Below are positions 39,299 through 49,854 of a stretch of 64,000 bases of DNA, piece after piece. Within the stretch, counting starts at the first letter, position 1; every line of letters starts with the position of its first letter. This DNA is from an uncultured Actinomycetota bacterium (GTDB taxonomy: Bacteria > Actinomycetota > Actinomycetes > JACCUZ01), in contig CAVXNC010000001.1 in the NCBI GenBank assembly GCA_963762865.1, positions 47,787 to 111,786 on the forward strand, in the 5' to 3' direction. Position numbers and translations under genes: made by a program. The notes under the pieces were generated by a model. That model did no database searches, had not been told where the DNA came from, and saw only the letters and a program-made list of their open reading frames with translations.

Positions 39299-39957
39299 GC
39301 GCCGGACTTCTTCAGCTCCGCCGCTGTCTTGGAGAGCCCGCCGCTCACGAGGGGAGTGATCCCCGACGTCGGGTCCCACTCGCCGTAGCGCGGGTTGATC
39401 TCGATGTCGAGGGAGTCGCCGGCTTCGGACAGCTGGTTCTGGACCTCCTCGAGGACCTGCTGCGACTCGGGCTCGGCGGTGTTGAGCGGGCCGCCGCCGA
39501 TCTTCTCCGCGATCGCGTTGAAGAGCAGCCGGTCCTTGACCCAGTCCTCGACGTCATCGGGCGGCAGCACCGTCGGCTGGTCCTGGCTGTTGGCGAGGGT
39601 GCGCACCAGGCCGCGGCGACCGTTGAAGCTCTCGAAGAGGTTGTCCCGCTCGGCGGCGATGCGACCGGGGCGGACGTGCACGTCGTTCTGCCGGGCCACC
39701 TCCTCGAGGACCTCCGTGATGACGATCCGCTGCAGGATCGCGACCTGAGCGGCTCCGGCGTCGGCACCGGGCACGATCTTCAGGTAGTCGCGGGTGTCCT
39801 GCTGGAGCTCGTCGACCGTCGTCACGTTGCCGTTGACGACGGCGGCCGCGCCGAGCCTGGAGTCGCCGCCGCAGCCGGCGAGGCCGAGGGTGGCGACCAG
39901 CACCAGAGCCGACGTCCCGAGGACGCGGCGGACCCGGCGGTGTCCGGTAGTCGTCAT
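39295..39957 (-). CDS. lipoprotein with a SurA-N-like chaperone domain
   Basis: 220 aa. It has a signal peptide plus lipobox LGLAGC, then AAVVNGNVTTVDELQ. Confidence 0.7.
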   Translation of the reverse strand: MTTTGHRRVRRVLGTSALVLVATLGLAGCGGDSRLGAAAVVNGNVTTVDELQQDTRDYLKIVPGADAGAAQVAILQRIVITEVLEEVARQNDVHVRPGRIAAERDNLFESFNGRRGLVRTLANSQDQPTVLPPDDVEDWVKDRLLFNAIAEKIGGGPLNTAEPESQQVLEEVQNQLSEAGDSLDIEINPRYGEWDPTSGITPLVSGGLSKTAAELKKSGA

Positions 39958-39962
39958 TGCGG

Positions 39963-42900
39963 TCAGGCGTCCTTCGCAGTCGTCGCGGCGGCCGGCAGGT
40001 CCAGCAGCACCGCATCCACCAGGTCCCGGCACCAGTGGAGGAGCTCCACGTCGGCCAGCGGCCGACCACCGACCCGGGCGGTCGACGGTCTCGGCACCAG
40101 GATCGTACGGACCGCGGGCTTCAGGACGGTACCCGGGTAGAGGCGCTGCAGCCGCAGCTGCTGGCTCTCCCGCAGCTCGACCGGCGAGAACCGCACGTTG
40201 CGGCCGGCGACAGCGACCTCCCCCAGGCCGGCGCGGCGCGCCAGGCTCCGGAACCGCGCGACCTCGAGCAGGTTGAGCACCGGCACGGGGAGCTCGCCGT
40301 AGCGGTCCTCGAGCTCGGCGCGGATCGCGTCGAGGTCGTCGTCGGAGGCGACCGCGGCGATCTTGCGGTATGCCTCCAGTCGCAGCCGCTCGCCGGGGAC
40401 GTACTCGTGCGGCAGGTGGGCGTCGACCGGGAGCTCGACCTTGACGTCCCGCAGTGCCTCCTGGCCCTCGCCCTTGAAGTCCGCGACGGCCTCGCCCACC
40501 AGCCGCACGTACAGGTCGAAGCCGACGGCCGCGATGTGCCCGGACTGCTCGCCGCCGAGCAGGTTGCCGGCGCCGCGGATCTCCAGGTCCTTCATGGCGA
40601 TCCACATGCCGGAGCCCAGGTCGCTGTGGGCCGCCATGGTCGCGAGCCGGTCGTGGGCCGTCTCGGTCAGCGGCTTCTCGGGCGGGTAGAGCAGATAGGC
40701 GTACGCCCTCTCGCGGCTGCGGCCGACCCGGCCGCGGAGCTGGTGCAGCTGCGAGAGACCCATGACGTCGGCACGCTCGAGGATCAGCGTGTTGGCGTTG
40801 GAGATGTCCAGCCCGCTCTCCACGATCGTGGTGCAGACCAGGACGTCGAAGCGCTTCTCCCAGAAGTCCAGGACGACCTGCTCGAGCGCGTGCTCGTTCA
40901 TCTGGCCGTGCGCGGTGGCCACGCGCGCCTCGGGCACCAGGTCACGCAGCCGTGCGGCGGCCCGGTCGATCGACTCGACCCGGTTGTGGATGAAGAAGAT
41001 CTGACCCTCGCGCAGCAGCTCGCGACGTACCGCCGCGGCGATCTGCTTCTCGTCGTAGGGACCGACGAACGTCAGGACGGGGTGCCGCTCCTCCGGCGGC
41101 GTGAGGATCGTCGACATCTCGCGGATGCCGGTCACCGCCATCTCCAGCGTCCGCGGGATCGGCGTCGCCGACATCGTGAGGACGTCGACGTTGGTGCGCA
41201 GGTGCTTCAGCTGCTCCTTGTGCTCGACGCCGAAGCGCTGCTCCTCGTCGACGATGACCAGGCCGAGGTCCTTGAACTGCACCTCGGCCGAGAGCAGACG
41301 GTGCGTGCCGATGACGATGTCGACAGACCCGTCGATCAGCCCCGCCTTGACCTGGTTGGCCTCCTTGTCGCTCTGGAAGCGCGACAGGGCTCTCACGTTG
41401 ACCGGGAAGCTGGCGTAGCGCTCGGCGAAGGTCGACAGGTGCTGGTTGACCAGCAGCGTCGTCGGCACGAGCACGGCGACCTGCTTGCCGTCCTGCACCG
41501 CCTTGAAGGCGGCCCGCACGGCGATCTCGGTCTTGCCGTAGCCCACGTCGCCGCAGACGATCCGGTCCATCGGGACGGTCTTCTCCATGTCTCCCTTGAC
41601 CTCGTCGATCGCGCCGAGCTGGTCGGGCGTCTCGTGGTAGGGGAAGGCGTCCTCCAGCTCGCGCTGCCACGGGGTGTCCGGGCTGAACGCGAAACCCGGC
41701 GCCGAGGTGCGCGCGGCGTAGAGCCGGATCAGCTCGGCCGCGATCTCCTTGACGGCCTTGCGCGCGCGGCCCTTGGCCTTCTGCCAGTCGGCTCCGCCGA
41801 GGCGGTGCAGGGACGGCTGCTCGCCACCGACGTAGCGGGTCACCTGGTCGAGCTGGTCGGTCGGCACGAAGAGCCGGTCGCCGGGCTGACCGCGCTTGGA
41901 GGGGGCGTACTCGATGACGAGGTACTCGCGGGTGGCCTCCTGCACGGTCCGCTGCACCATCTCGACGTAGCGGCCCACGCCGTGCTGCTCGTGGACGATG
42001 TAGTCGCCCGCCTGCAGCTGCAGCGGGTCCACGGTGTCGCGGCGGCGGCTGGGCATCCGTCGCATGCCCTTGGTCGACGGGCCGGCCTGACCCATCAGGT
42101 CGGTCTCGGTGAGCACCGCCAGCCGCAGCGTCTCGCTGACGAAGCCGCGCGGCAGGCACGCGCAGGCGACGTGCACGACGTGGGCGTCCGGGACCGCGTC
42201 CAGCGACTCGTCGAGCCGCGCGGCGATGTCCTCGCCGGCCAGCACCTCGGTGATCCGCTGCGCCGAGCCGTGACCCTCGGTCAGCACCGCCACCCGGTAG
42301 CCCTCGCCCAGCCAGCCCTTGATGTCGGCCAGGGCGCGTGCGGTGTCACCGCGGTAGCCCTCCACGCCCTGGGCCGCGACGAGCGAGGTCTCCTCGTCGT
42401 CGGCGGCCTCGTCGGCGGCGAACGGGCTCATCGACCACCAGGGCATCCCGAGCCCGCTCGCGCTGGCGCGCACGTCGGCGAGGCTGCGGTAGGCGGCTGC
42501 GCCGAGGTCGATCGGGGTGGCTGCGCCCGCCGCGGCGTTGGCCCAGGAGGCCTCGAGGAACTCCTTGCTGGTGTCGACCAGGTCGTGCGAGCGGGTGCGG
42601 ACCCGCTCGGGGTCCTGGACGACCACGACGGTGCCGGCCGGCATGGTGTCGAGCAGCAGCGCCATGTCGTCGACGAGGACCGGCGCGAGTGACTCCATGC
42701 CCTCGACGGCGATCCCCTCGGCGAGCTGGCCCAGGACGTCGGCCAGCCCGGGGATGCGCGCGGCCAGCTCGGCCGCCCGCTCGCGCACCTCGTCGGTCAG
42801 CAGGAGCTCCCGGCAGGGCGGCGCCCACAGCCCGCCCTGGGCCACCTCGAGCGACCGCTGGTCGGAGACCTTGAACCAGCGGACCTCCTCGACGGTGTCG

Positions 42901-43529
42901 CCCCACAGCTCGACGCGCAGCGGGTGCTCGTCGGTCGGGGGGAAGACGTCGACGATCCCGCCACGGACGGCGAACTCGCCGCGACGCTCCACGAGGTCGA
43001 CGCGGGTGTAGGCAGCCGCGGCCAGTCGCTCGACGAGGTCGTCCAGGTCGACCTCGTCACCGGCCCGCAGAGCCACCGGCGCCAGGTCACCGAGACCGGC
43101 GACCATCGGCTGCAGCAGGGCGCGCACCGGCGCGACGACCACCTGCACCCGGCCGTGCTCGACGTCGCCGGCATCGGGGTGCGCCAGCCGGCGCAGGACG
43201 GCGAGCCGCCGGCCGACCGTGTCGCTGCGCGGGCTGAGCCGCTCGTGCGGCAGCGTCTCCCAGGCCGGGAAGTCGACGACGGCGTCCCCCGGCAGCAGGT
43301 CGCGCAGCGCGGTCGCCAGCTCCTCGGCCTCCCGGCCGGTCGCCGTGACGGCCAGCACCGGACGGCCGGCGCGGCCGGCGACCGCCGCCAGGGCGAAGGG
43401 CCGGACTCCGGGCGGTGCCGTCAGGTCGAGGTCGGCCCGGGCGCCGCTGCGGGCAGCCTCCAGGGCGGCCCGCAGCGCCGGGTCTCCACCGTCCTCGACG
43501 AGGACGTCGAGCAGGCCGGTCAGGCTCAC
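39963..43529 (-). CDS. mfd: transcription-repair coupling factor
   Basis: 1188 aa. Walker [10 protein letters not shown] is in the superfamily-2 helicase core. The DEEQRFG, TRCD and RNAP-interaction regions are present and the protein is full-length. Confidence 0.95.
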   Translation of the reverse strand: MSLTGLLDVLVEDGGDPALRAALEAARSGARADLDLTAPPGVRPFALAAVAGRAGRPVLAVTATGREAEELATALRDLLPGDAVVDFPAWETLPHERLSPRSDTVGRRLAVLRRLAHPDAGDVEHGRVQVVVAPVRALLQPMVAGLGDLAPVALRAGDEVDLDDLVERLAAAAYTRVDLVERRGEFAVRGGIVDVFPPTDEHPLRVELWGDTVEEVRWFKVSDQRSLEVAQGGLWAPPCRELLLTDEVRERAAELAARIPGLADVLGQLAEGIAVEGMESLAPVLVDDMALLLDTMPAGTVVVVQDPERVRTRSHDLVDTSKEFLEASWANAAAGAATPIDLGAAAYRSLADVRASASGLGMPWWSMSPFAADEAADDEETSLVAAQGVEGYRGDTARALADIKGWLGEGYRVAVLTEGHGSAQRITEVLAGEDIAARLDESLDAVPDAHVVHVACACLPRGFVSETLRLAVLTETDLMGQAGPSTKGMRRMPSRRRDTVDPLQLQAGDYIVHEQHGVGRYVEMVQRTVQEATREYLVIEYAPSKRGQPGDRLFVPTDQLDQVTRYVGGEQPSLHRLGGADWQKAKGRARKAVKEIAAELIRLYAARTSAPGFAFSPDTPWQRELEDAFPYHETPDQLGAIDEVKGDMEKTVPMDRIVCGDVGYGKTEIAVRAAFKAVQDGKQVAVLVPTTLLVNQHLSTFAERYASFPVNVRALSRFQSDKEANQVKAGLIDGSVDIVIGTHRLLSAEVQFKDLGLVIVDEEQRFGVEHKEQLKHLRTNVDVLTMSATPIPRTLEMAVTGIREMSTILTPPEERHPVLTFVGPYDEKQIAAAVRRELLREGQIFFIHNRVESIDRAAARLRDLVPEARVATAHGQMNEHALEQVVLDFWEKRFDVLVCTTIVESGLDISNANTLILERADVMGLSQLHQLRGRVGRSRERAYAYLLYPPEKPLTETAHDRLATMAAHSDLGSGMWIAMKDLEIRGAGNLLGGEQSGHIAAVGFDLYVRLVGEAVADFKGEGQEALRDVKVELPVDAHLPHEYVPGERLRLEAYRKIAAVASDDDLDAIRAELEDRYGELPVPVLNLLEVARFRSLARRAGLGEVAVAGRNVRFSPVELRESQQLRLQRLYPGTVLKPAVRTILVPRPSTARVGGRPLADVELLHWCRDLVDAVLLDLPAAATTAKDA

Positions 43530-43723
43530 GGGTTCTCCTGGTGCAGGCGTGCGGGGTGTCGGGCCGGGTGTGCGGGCAACGCAAGCAACCCCGGACCGCG
43601 AGGCGGGCGGGGGTGCCGTGGTGCTCCGGTCAGCCTACGTCCGGCCACCGACCAGCTCCGCCGACGCCGTCCGCGGCCCCGGTGCCGGGCACCAACCACC
43701 ACCTCGGACGGGTCAAGACAGGG

Positions 43724-44914
43724 GTGCTGTCGCGTCGATGGAACAGGGTGCACCTTTCCTCCTCGGCCCGCGCCGCGCTGTCCGCCGTGACGAGCGTGCT
43801 GCTGGCGACAGTGGTCGTGGCAACGGCCAGCGCCCCGGCGGACGCCCGGGCACCTCGAGGGGGTGGCAAGTCGCACAAGCCGACGGCGAGTGCCACCGCG
43901 AGTCCGACGGCCAGCTCGTCGCCGAGCCCCAGCCCCACGGCCAGCCCGACGTCGTCCGACACCGCGACGCCAACTGCCTCAGCACCGACCAGCCCGGCCC
44001 CGAGCGGGAGGGTGACCGCCTGCGGCCGGGCCCTCTGCCTGGACGGGAGGGTGTGGCGCCTGCACGCCGCCTCGGTGCTCGGCGCGCTGGACCGACCGAG
44101 GGACACGGTGACGCTGGCCGTGCAGGCCCGGCTGAACACGGTCCGCGTCACGGACTGGCTCGACACGTCGGGAAGTCCGGCGACGGCGGCGTACGACGAG
44201 ACCCGCTGGCGGCGTCTGGACGCGCTGGTGGCTGCGGCCGGCGACGGCGGCCTGCACGTGGTGCTCGACCTGTCGACCTACCGCAACCTGCTGGCGCGCA
44301 ACGGCATCAACCCCTACACCTACGACTGGGCGCCCTTCCTCACCTGGGTGGCGGGCCGGACCAACACGGTGAGCGGTGTGCGCTACGGCACGGACCCGAC
44401 CATCGCCCTGGTGAGCTTCGCCGGCGAGGTGGAGCCGCCCAACGGGTCTGACAACACTCTCGGTGTGACGACGACCCAGGTCACGACCTTCTTCGACAAG
44501 GTCTTCAGGCTGTGGGGCACGCTCAGTCCCGGGACGCTGCGGAGCACCGGCGGGCTGCTGCAGCTGGACTGGGGCTCCGGCGTCGACTGGAAGGCGATCA
44601 TGGCACTGCCCGGCAGCGACGTGTGCGCCATCCACACCTACTCCGACGCGGACCGCCTGGTCACCCTGCCGGCGGTGAGCACGTACTGCGGCGCCCTGGG
44701 CCGGCCGTGGATCGACGAGGAGTTCGGCTTCGAGCTGGGGATGGGCGACGCCGCGCGGGCCACGGCGATGACGGACACCTACCGCCGGGTGGCCGCCGCG
44801 GACGGCGCCGGGGCAGGGATCTGGAACCTCGGCTTCCAGGTCACCAGCCCCACCTACGACGTCAACACGGCCACCCCGTTGGCCTTCGACGCCGTTCGCA
44901 CGGCCGCTCCCTGA
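43724..44914 (+). CDS. secreted glycoside hydrolase, GH5-like (cellulase/mannanase-type TIM barrel), with an STP-rich linker
   Basis: The GTG start gives a signal peptide ...LLATVVVATASAPADA, then a PTASATASPTASSSPSPSPTASPTSS linker. Candidate catalytic motifs are FAGEVEPPNG (acid/base, NEP-like) and PWIDEEFGFELG (nucleophile, TEfG-like). It is convergent with the glycosyltransferase operon. Confidence 0.5.
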   Translation: MLSRRWNRVHLSSSARAALSAVTSVLLATVVVATASAPADARAPRGGGKSHKPTASATASPTASSSPSPSPTASPTSSDTATPTASAPTSPAPSGRVTACGRALCLDGRVWRLHAASVLGALDRPRDTVTLAVQARLNTVRVTDWLDTSGSPATAAYDETRWRRLDALVAAAGDGGLHVVLDLSTYRNLLARNGINPYTYDWAPFLTWVAGRTNTVSGVRYGTDPTIALVSFAGEVEPPNGSDNTLGVTTTQVTTFFDKVFRLWGTLSPGTLRSTGGLLQLDWGSGVDWKAIMALPGSDVCAIHTYSDADRLVTLPAVSTYCGALGRPWIDEEFGFELGMGDAARATAMTDTYRRVAAADGAGAGIWNLGFQVTSPTYDVNTATPLAFDAVRTAAP

Positions 44915-44918
44915 CTCC

Positions 44919-46615
44919 TCAGCGCCGCGACGTGGTCCTCGGCGTGACCCGGTAGAGCCGCCAGTCCCGGCCTTCCACGACAGGGTTGCGGAACTCCTTG
45001 ACGAGGGTCGCGATGCCGGCGCCGTCGGCGTAGAGGGACGGATGGGCGACGGTGAGCGCGTCGTAGCCGGCCTGCGCCGACACCAGCAGGTAGCGGACCC
45101 GGCCGAGCCGCGGGTCGGCGAGCAGCTTGGGGAAGTCCCGGTCCGGCGTGATCACGAACTGCCGGGCGTGGTCCGAGGCCAGGAAGATCTCGAAGCCGGA
45201 GGCCAGATCCATCAGGACGCTGCCCTCCGGCAGGTGGCGGGCGTCCAGGTATGCGGCGACCCTGCGGTCCGTGCCTGCCCACCCCAGCCGGCTGGTCGGT
45301 TCGTCGCGACCTTCGAGGCTGGCCAGCACGCTGCCGCCCTGCGGCACGTCTTCTGGGGCGAGCCGGGCGTCGGAGACCGCCCGCGGGACGGTCACCCACG
45401 GGGGCACCGCCACCGCGAGGACGGCGAGCGTGGCCGCGACGGGAGCGAGCAGCCGCAGCAGGCGACGACCGCGCAGTGGCCCTGGCAGCCCCTGGGCCAG
45501 GTGCCCGGCAGCGAGGACGCCGAGCGGGACGACGTAGACCTGGAACCGCAGCCAGCCGAAGGTCTGCCCGCTCAGGGCCAGGCCGGCAGAGATCGCCACG
45601 GTGCCACCGAGCACTGCCAGTGCGGCCGCGAAGCGGATGTCACGTCGGACCAGCGCGAGCAGCACCGCTGCCACGACGAGCGCCCAGGCGACCGGCTGCA
45701 AGGCCGCCATCTGGTCCAGCACCGGCGGCAGCGCACCTTCCCCGCCGTACATCGTCCGCTGGGCGGAGTTGCCGTACTGCGAGCTGAGCTGCTCGAAGGG
45801 GTGCCCCACGACGACGAAGCTGGTGACGGCGAACAGCACAGCCCCTACGACGGCCGGCAGCGCGACCACCAGCACATCGCACACCGCCGCATCGACACGG
45901 GCCCGCCGACGACCCGCCGTGCGGACGGCCGTGACGGTCGCGACGAGCAAGGTCGCTCCCGCGACCGCACCGACCGCCTCGTAGCGCGTGAGGTACGCGA
46001 GCGCGAGGGCGAGCCCGGCGTGGGCAAGGTCCGTCGAGTGGTCGTGGCGCAGCCACCGGGCGAGCGATTTGGTCGCAGCGAGAAGCCACAGGAGGAGCAG
46101 CGCCTCGGTCATGCCGTTGGCGCCGTACAGCAGCACGATAGGGGTGGGCCGCGAACGAGACCACCAGACCCCAACGCGCGGCCCTGGCCCACACCCAGGT
46201 CCTGGAGGTAGCCGCGGACGACGACCGCTCCGGCCGCCGCAGCCACCGCGCTCTGCAGGCTGATGACGAGGCCGGTTTCCATGATCCCCGGGACGACCCG
46301 CCCGACCAGCACGAGAGGCAGCAGCAGCAGCGACGGCAGGGGGCTCCACACGAAACCCAGGGCGGCGAGCTTGGGGTCCCGGCCGTCGAGGACCGCCTTG
46401 GCGTTGGCGACCCGGGAGACGCTGTCACCCATCAGCGAGTCGAATCCCACGACCAGCACGAGCGCGAGGACGAGCTCGACGGTGAGGACGGTCGCGAAGA
46501 CCACCCACGGCTCCGTCCACCTTCGGCGACGGTGCTCCGCACCGGTGGTGCCGACAGGGCCCCGGTCGGGGACCTCCGCCTGGGGGGTCCTCGTCGGCAG
46601 CTGGAGCAGGGTCAT
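44919..46615 (-). pseudogene. polytopic membrane protein, putative GT-C-type glycosyltransferase, with apparent frameshift(s) near 46130-46170
   Basis: The N-terminal ~150 aa (MTLLQLP...FATVLTVELVLALVLVVGFDSLMGDSVSRVANAKAVLDGRDPKLAALGF...) are in ORF 46109..47515. The rest (...IVLLYGANGMTEALLLLWLL..., many transmembrane segments plus a ~200-aa C-terminal soluble domain) is in ORF 44919..46349. A third frame bridges the two for about 15 codons. The ATG overlaps the GT2 stop as ATGA. Length is 1697 nt, which is 2 mod 3. Confidence 0.5.
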
Positions 46616-48087
46616 CGCCGCTCCGCGGGGCTGGCGTGGTCGAGACCGTGCACCGTCTTCTCCCAGAACGACGGCGCCGTGACCATCTGCACCGCGGCCT
46701 TCGCCGCGGCCGCCGACATCAGCACCCAGTAGGCGGGCAGCAGCAGCAGGCTCCTGGCCAGCGATGCCCGACCGCACTCGCGGGCCGCGAGCAGCGAGCA
46801 GTAGACCGAGCCGGTGAGCCCGCCCAGCCAGACGAGCATCTCGAGGTGGTAGAGCGGGCTCGGGAAGATGGCTGCCAGCTGCGACGAGCCGGAGAGCAGG
46901 TAGAACAGGCTCAGCGTCCACAGCACCGGGTTCAGCAGCGCGAGCAGCGGCGTCCCGCCGACGAAGAGCAGGAAGCCGGCCGTCCCCCGCGGGCCGAGCT
47001 CGTCGACCAGACGACGGGGGTCGCGGGTGTGCACCAGCAGGGTCTGCAGATAGCCCTTGTACCAGCGACTGCGCTGCTTGACCCAGTTGACGACGTCGCT
47101 GTTCGCCTCCTCCAGCGTCACGCTGTCGAGCACCCGCACCCCGAAGCCCGCGCGGGCCAGCCGCACGCCGAGATCCGCGTCCTCGGTCACGTTGTACGGG
47201 TCCCAGGCGCCGATGCGCTCGAGCACCTTGCGGCGGATGTGGTTGGACGTGCCCCCCAACGGGATCGGGTGGCCGGCCCGGACGAGCCCGGGCAGCCAGA
47301 ACCGGAACCACACGTCGTACTCGTTGGTGAACCAGCGGGTGAGCAGGTTCTGCTCGGCGTTGTGGTAGGCCAGCCGGGCCTGCAGGCAGGCCACGTGCGG
47401 CGGCAGCCTGCTGAAGGCGACGGCGGCGCGGCGCAGCTGCAGCGGGTCCGGCCGGTCCTCCGCGTCGTAGATCGTCACCAGCGAGCCGCGGGCGCACATC
47501 AGGCCGACGTTGCACGCCTTGGGTTTGGTCCGTGGCTCGCGGACGGCGATGCCGACGGGCGTGACGTAGGGCGGCAGGTCCAGGTCGACGAGAGCTTCGA
47601 ACGTCTCCTCGTCGTCGTCCTCGACGAGGAGAAGCACCTCGAGACGGTTTCGTGGGTAACTGATGCGGTCGATCTCCTCGAGCACCCGGCCGACCATCGT
47701 GGGCTCGCGGTAGACCGGCACGAGCACCGTGTAGACGGGCAGGTTGCGTCGAGGGAAGCCGCGCGCTTCAGCGTCACTGACCGACTCCATCTCGACGCTG
47801 CGCAACGAGCCGGTGAAGAGCACGACTCGGTGCCACAGCACCGCGGCGTGGGCGGCGGTCACGAGTGCCACCAGCACGGTCGCGGTGGCGAGCGGCACGA
47901 CGGCGAAGCCGATGAACAGGACAAGGCCGACGCAGACGACCGTCAGACGCTGCACGCGCGACCAGCCGCGCTGCGCGGACAGGCCGGGATTCCTGCGGTC
48001 GAGCGACTCGCTGGCCAGCTCGGCGATCGCATCCGGCGACAGCGAGCGGACTCCCCGGACCCGGGCCCGCGCCGGCGAGAGCCTCAC
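46612..48087 (-). CDS. processive family-2 glycosyltransferase (cellulose/chitin/hyaluronan-synthase-like)
   Basis: 491 aa. It has 2 N-terminal transmembrane helices, a GT-A catalytic domain with the DAED and QRSRWYKG (QxxRW) motifs, and about 4 C-terminal transmembrane helices. Confidence 0.8.
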   Translation of the reverse strand: MRLSPARARVRGVRSLSPDAIAELASESLDRRNPGLSAQRGWSRVQRLTVVCVGLVLFIGFAVVPLATATVLVALVTAAHAAVLWHRVVLFTGSLRSVEMESVSDAEARGFPRRNLPVYTVLVPVYREPTMVGRVLEEIDRISYPRNRLEVLLLVEDDDEETFEALVDLDLPPYVTPVGIAVREPRTKPKACNVGLMCARGSLVTIYDAEDRPDPLQLRRAAVAFSRLPPHVACLQARLAYHNAEQNLLTRWFTNEYDVWFRFWLPGLVRAGHPIPLGGTSNHIRRKVLERIGAWDPYNVTEDADLGVRLARAGFGVRVLDSVTLEEANSDVVNWVKQRSRWYKGYLQTLLVHTRDPRRLVDELGPRGTAGFLLFVGGTPLLALLNPVLWTLSLFYLLSGSSQLAAIFPSPLYHLEMLVWLGGLTGSVYCSLLAARECGRASLARSLLLLPAYWVLMSAAAAKAAVQMVTAPSFWEKTVHGLDHASPAERR

Positions 48088-48854
48088 GGACCGTCCGCCC
48101 GGAGCCGGACCACGCCGTCGCTGCTGACGGAACGGCTGTCCTGCAGGGTGACGAGCCCGCGACCTACCGTCGTCAGCAGCCGACCGACTGCCGCGACGCG
48201 GTCTCCGGTCGTGGCGTTGTGCGTCACGACCGACTTCACGACAGGTGAAGGGACACCGCCGGACGAGTCGAGCACCGGCACGACGCGCTGTCGGGTGTCG
48301 ACCATCAGCAGGACCACGCGCTCGTACTCGGTGCGACCGTCGGCACTGGTGACCGGGCGTTCCCAGTGCAGTGCCGTCCAGTCCCTGCCGTCACGCGGGT
48401 CGAAGTACGAGAGCAGTGTGCCGCGGACGGCCGGGCTGAGCCGTACCTCGCGGGACGAGCGGACGTCGAAGCCGTGGAACGAGTAACACGCCTCGATGCT
48501 GTAGGTCCTCATCCGCAGCAGGCTCGGCGTGGTGACGACGTCCGTCAGGATCGAGGCGGACTGCCGGTCCCCGAGCAGCTCGCCGCTGATGGTGCCTGGC
48601 GACAGCGAGAGCAGACTGCGATGCCACGTGGACGCCGACCCGAAGTACTGGGTTGCCCACGGGATGGAGCCGAGCGCTGCAGTCGAGAAGCCGGGCAGAG
48701 CCACCGGCTGGTCCGCGTACGACGCGACGTCGGCGCCACCAACGGGGTCGCCGAGCCCGGCAACAGCTGCCAGCCTGCTGTTCGCTCCCGCGCCGACGAC
48801 GACTCCCACGACCAGCACAGCTGCCCCTAAGACGGGCACCGGTCGCCGTGCCAC
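48084..48854 (-). CDS. exosortase-associated EpsI-like periplasmic protein (putative)
   Basis: 256 aa. It has an N-terminal transmembrane/signal segment RRPVPVLGAAVLVVGVVVGA, then a beta-rich soluble domain. It sits between the exosortase and the GT2 gene and overlaps both by 4 nt. Confidence 0.4.
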   Translation of the reverse strand: MARRPVPVLGAAVLVVGVVVGAGANSRLAAVAGLGDPVGGADVASYADQPVALPGFSTAALGSIPWATQYFGSASTWHRSLLSLSPGTISGELLGDRQSASILTDVVTTPSLLRMRTYSIEACYSFHGFDVRSSREVRLSPAVRGTLLSYFDPRDGRDWTALHWERPVTSADGRTEYERVVLLMVDTRQRVVPVLDSSGGVPSPVVKSVVTHNATTGDRVAAVGRLLTTVGRGLVTLQDSRSVSSDGVVRLRADGP

Positions 48855-49836
48855 CTGGCGCCGGGTGGCTGCAGGCGTCGCCGGCTCGCGCCGGCCGGCG
48901 AATGCGAGGCCGAAGTCTTCGCAGCCGCCAGAGCATCACCGCGATCCCGATGTTGCTGAGCACCAGCCCGAGCACTGGGTGCAGGACCTCCATGGCCGCT
49001 GCGAGTCCCCACTGCCCGGCGACGAGGAAGAGCACCAGGACCCGCAGCAGGTTCAGCATCCAGGCGAGCGCGGTACCGCAGATCAGCCAGCAGAGCTTCC
49101 GCCTGGCCGGCCCCTGGGTGAGGCCCATCAGCAGGGACCCGACCACCAGGTAGCTCACCGTGCCGTTGAGACCGGCACAGGCGCTCGCGACGCTGAGCCG
49201 GATCGCCTCCCCGCCGTGGTCCACGGTGAACAGCGAGCCGTCCGAACCGGCGGCCTGCTGGGCGAGCCCCAGCGGCGCGGCCAGTGCGGCGACCGCGGAG
49301 GTCGTGGCCGTGGCCACCTGGTCCTGGACCAGGGAGAGCAACCGGGACCAGGGCATCGGCCAGGCGAGGAACAGCATTGCGAGCCCGAAGCGGACACGCC
49401 ACATGGTCCGCACCCCGAGAAGGACCGCCGTCGCGCCGGCCGCGAAGAGCGGCAGCAGCAGGAGATCGAGACGCAGCAGCCAGAAGGTGTCCCCGAGCCG
49501 GTGCTGCAGGACCAGCTGGCCGACGAGGGACACGGCGATCAGCGGGCCGCCGACGATCAGGTCCAGCTGACGGTCCTCGATGTCCGGCTCGTGCACGCGT
49601 CGCCGGGCGCGGACGGCTGCGATGACCACCGCCCCGCCCGGGACCAGCCCGAGGTAGGCGAGCGGCGAGTCGATGAGCAGGGCCTCGCCGAGCTGGCGGA
49701 GCGTGACGTGGAAGGCCACGACGCAGGCGAGGACCACAGCGGCTCCGAGAGCCGCCGGTCGCCAGGCCGGCTCGTCGCGCGCGGGCGTCCCGACAGCACC
49801 AGCTGTCGGGACGCCCGCTCCCTGGGGGGGACTCAC
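48855..49836 (-). CDS. exosortase-family transpeptidase; the 3' end is unresolved because the ORF continues to 48391 in a frame overlapping the EpsI-like gene
   Basis: The N-terminal 308 codons (49836..48912) are polytopic. They carry the conserved Cys in VASACAGLNG, the Arg in LNLLRVLVLF and the Asn in LSNIGIAV, which is the exosortase/archaeosortase triad context. Beyond ...MLWRLRRL the frame is Arg-rich noise. This is either an exosortase-EpsI fusion with an indel, or an overlapping stop. Confidence 0.6.
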
Positions 49837-49854
49837 TGGTCGCGGAACCCCTCG

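Noticed and set aside
48391-48854. The 3' 460 nt of the exosortase ORF as real coding sequence
   Set aside because: The translation there is Arg-rich noise (RPARAGDACSHPAPGG...RRRRGSEQQ...). It overlaps the EpsI-like gene, which has a proper signal/TM N-terminus in another frame.
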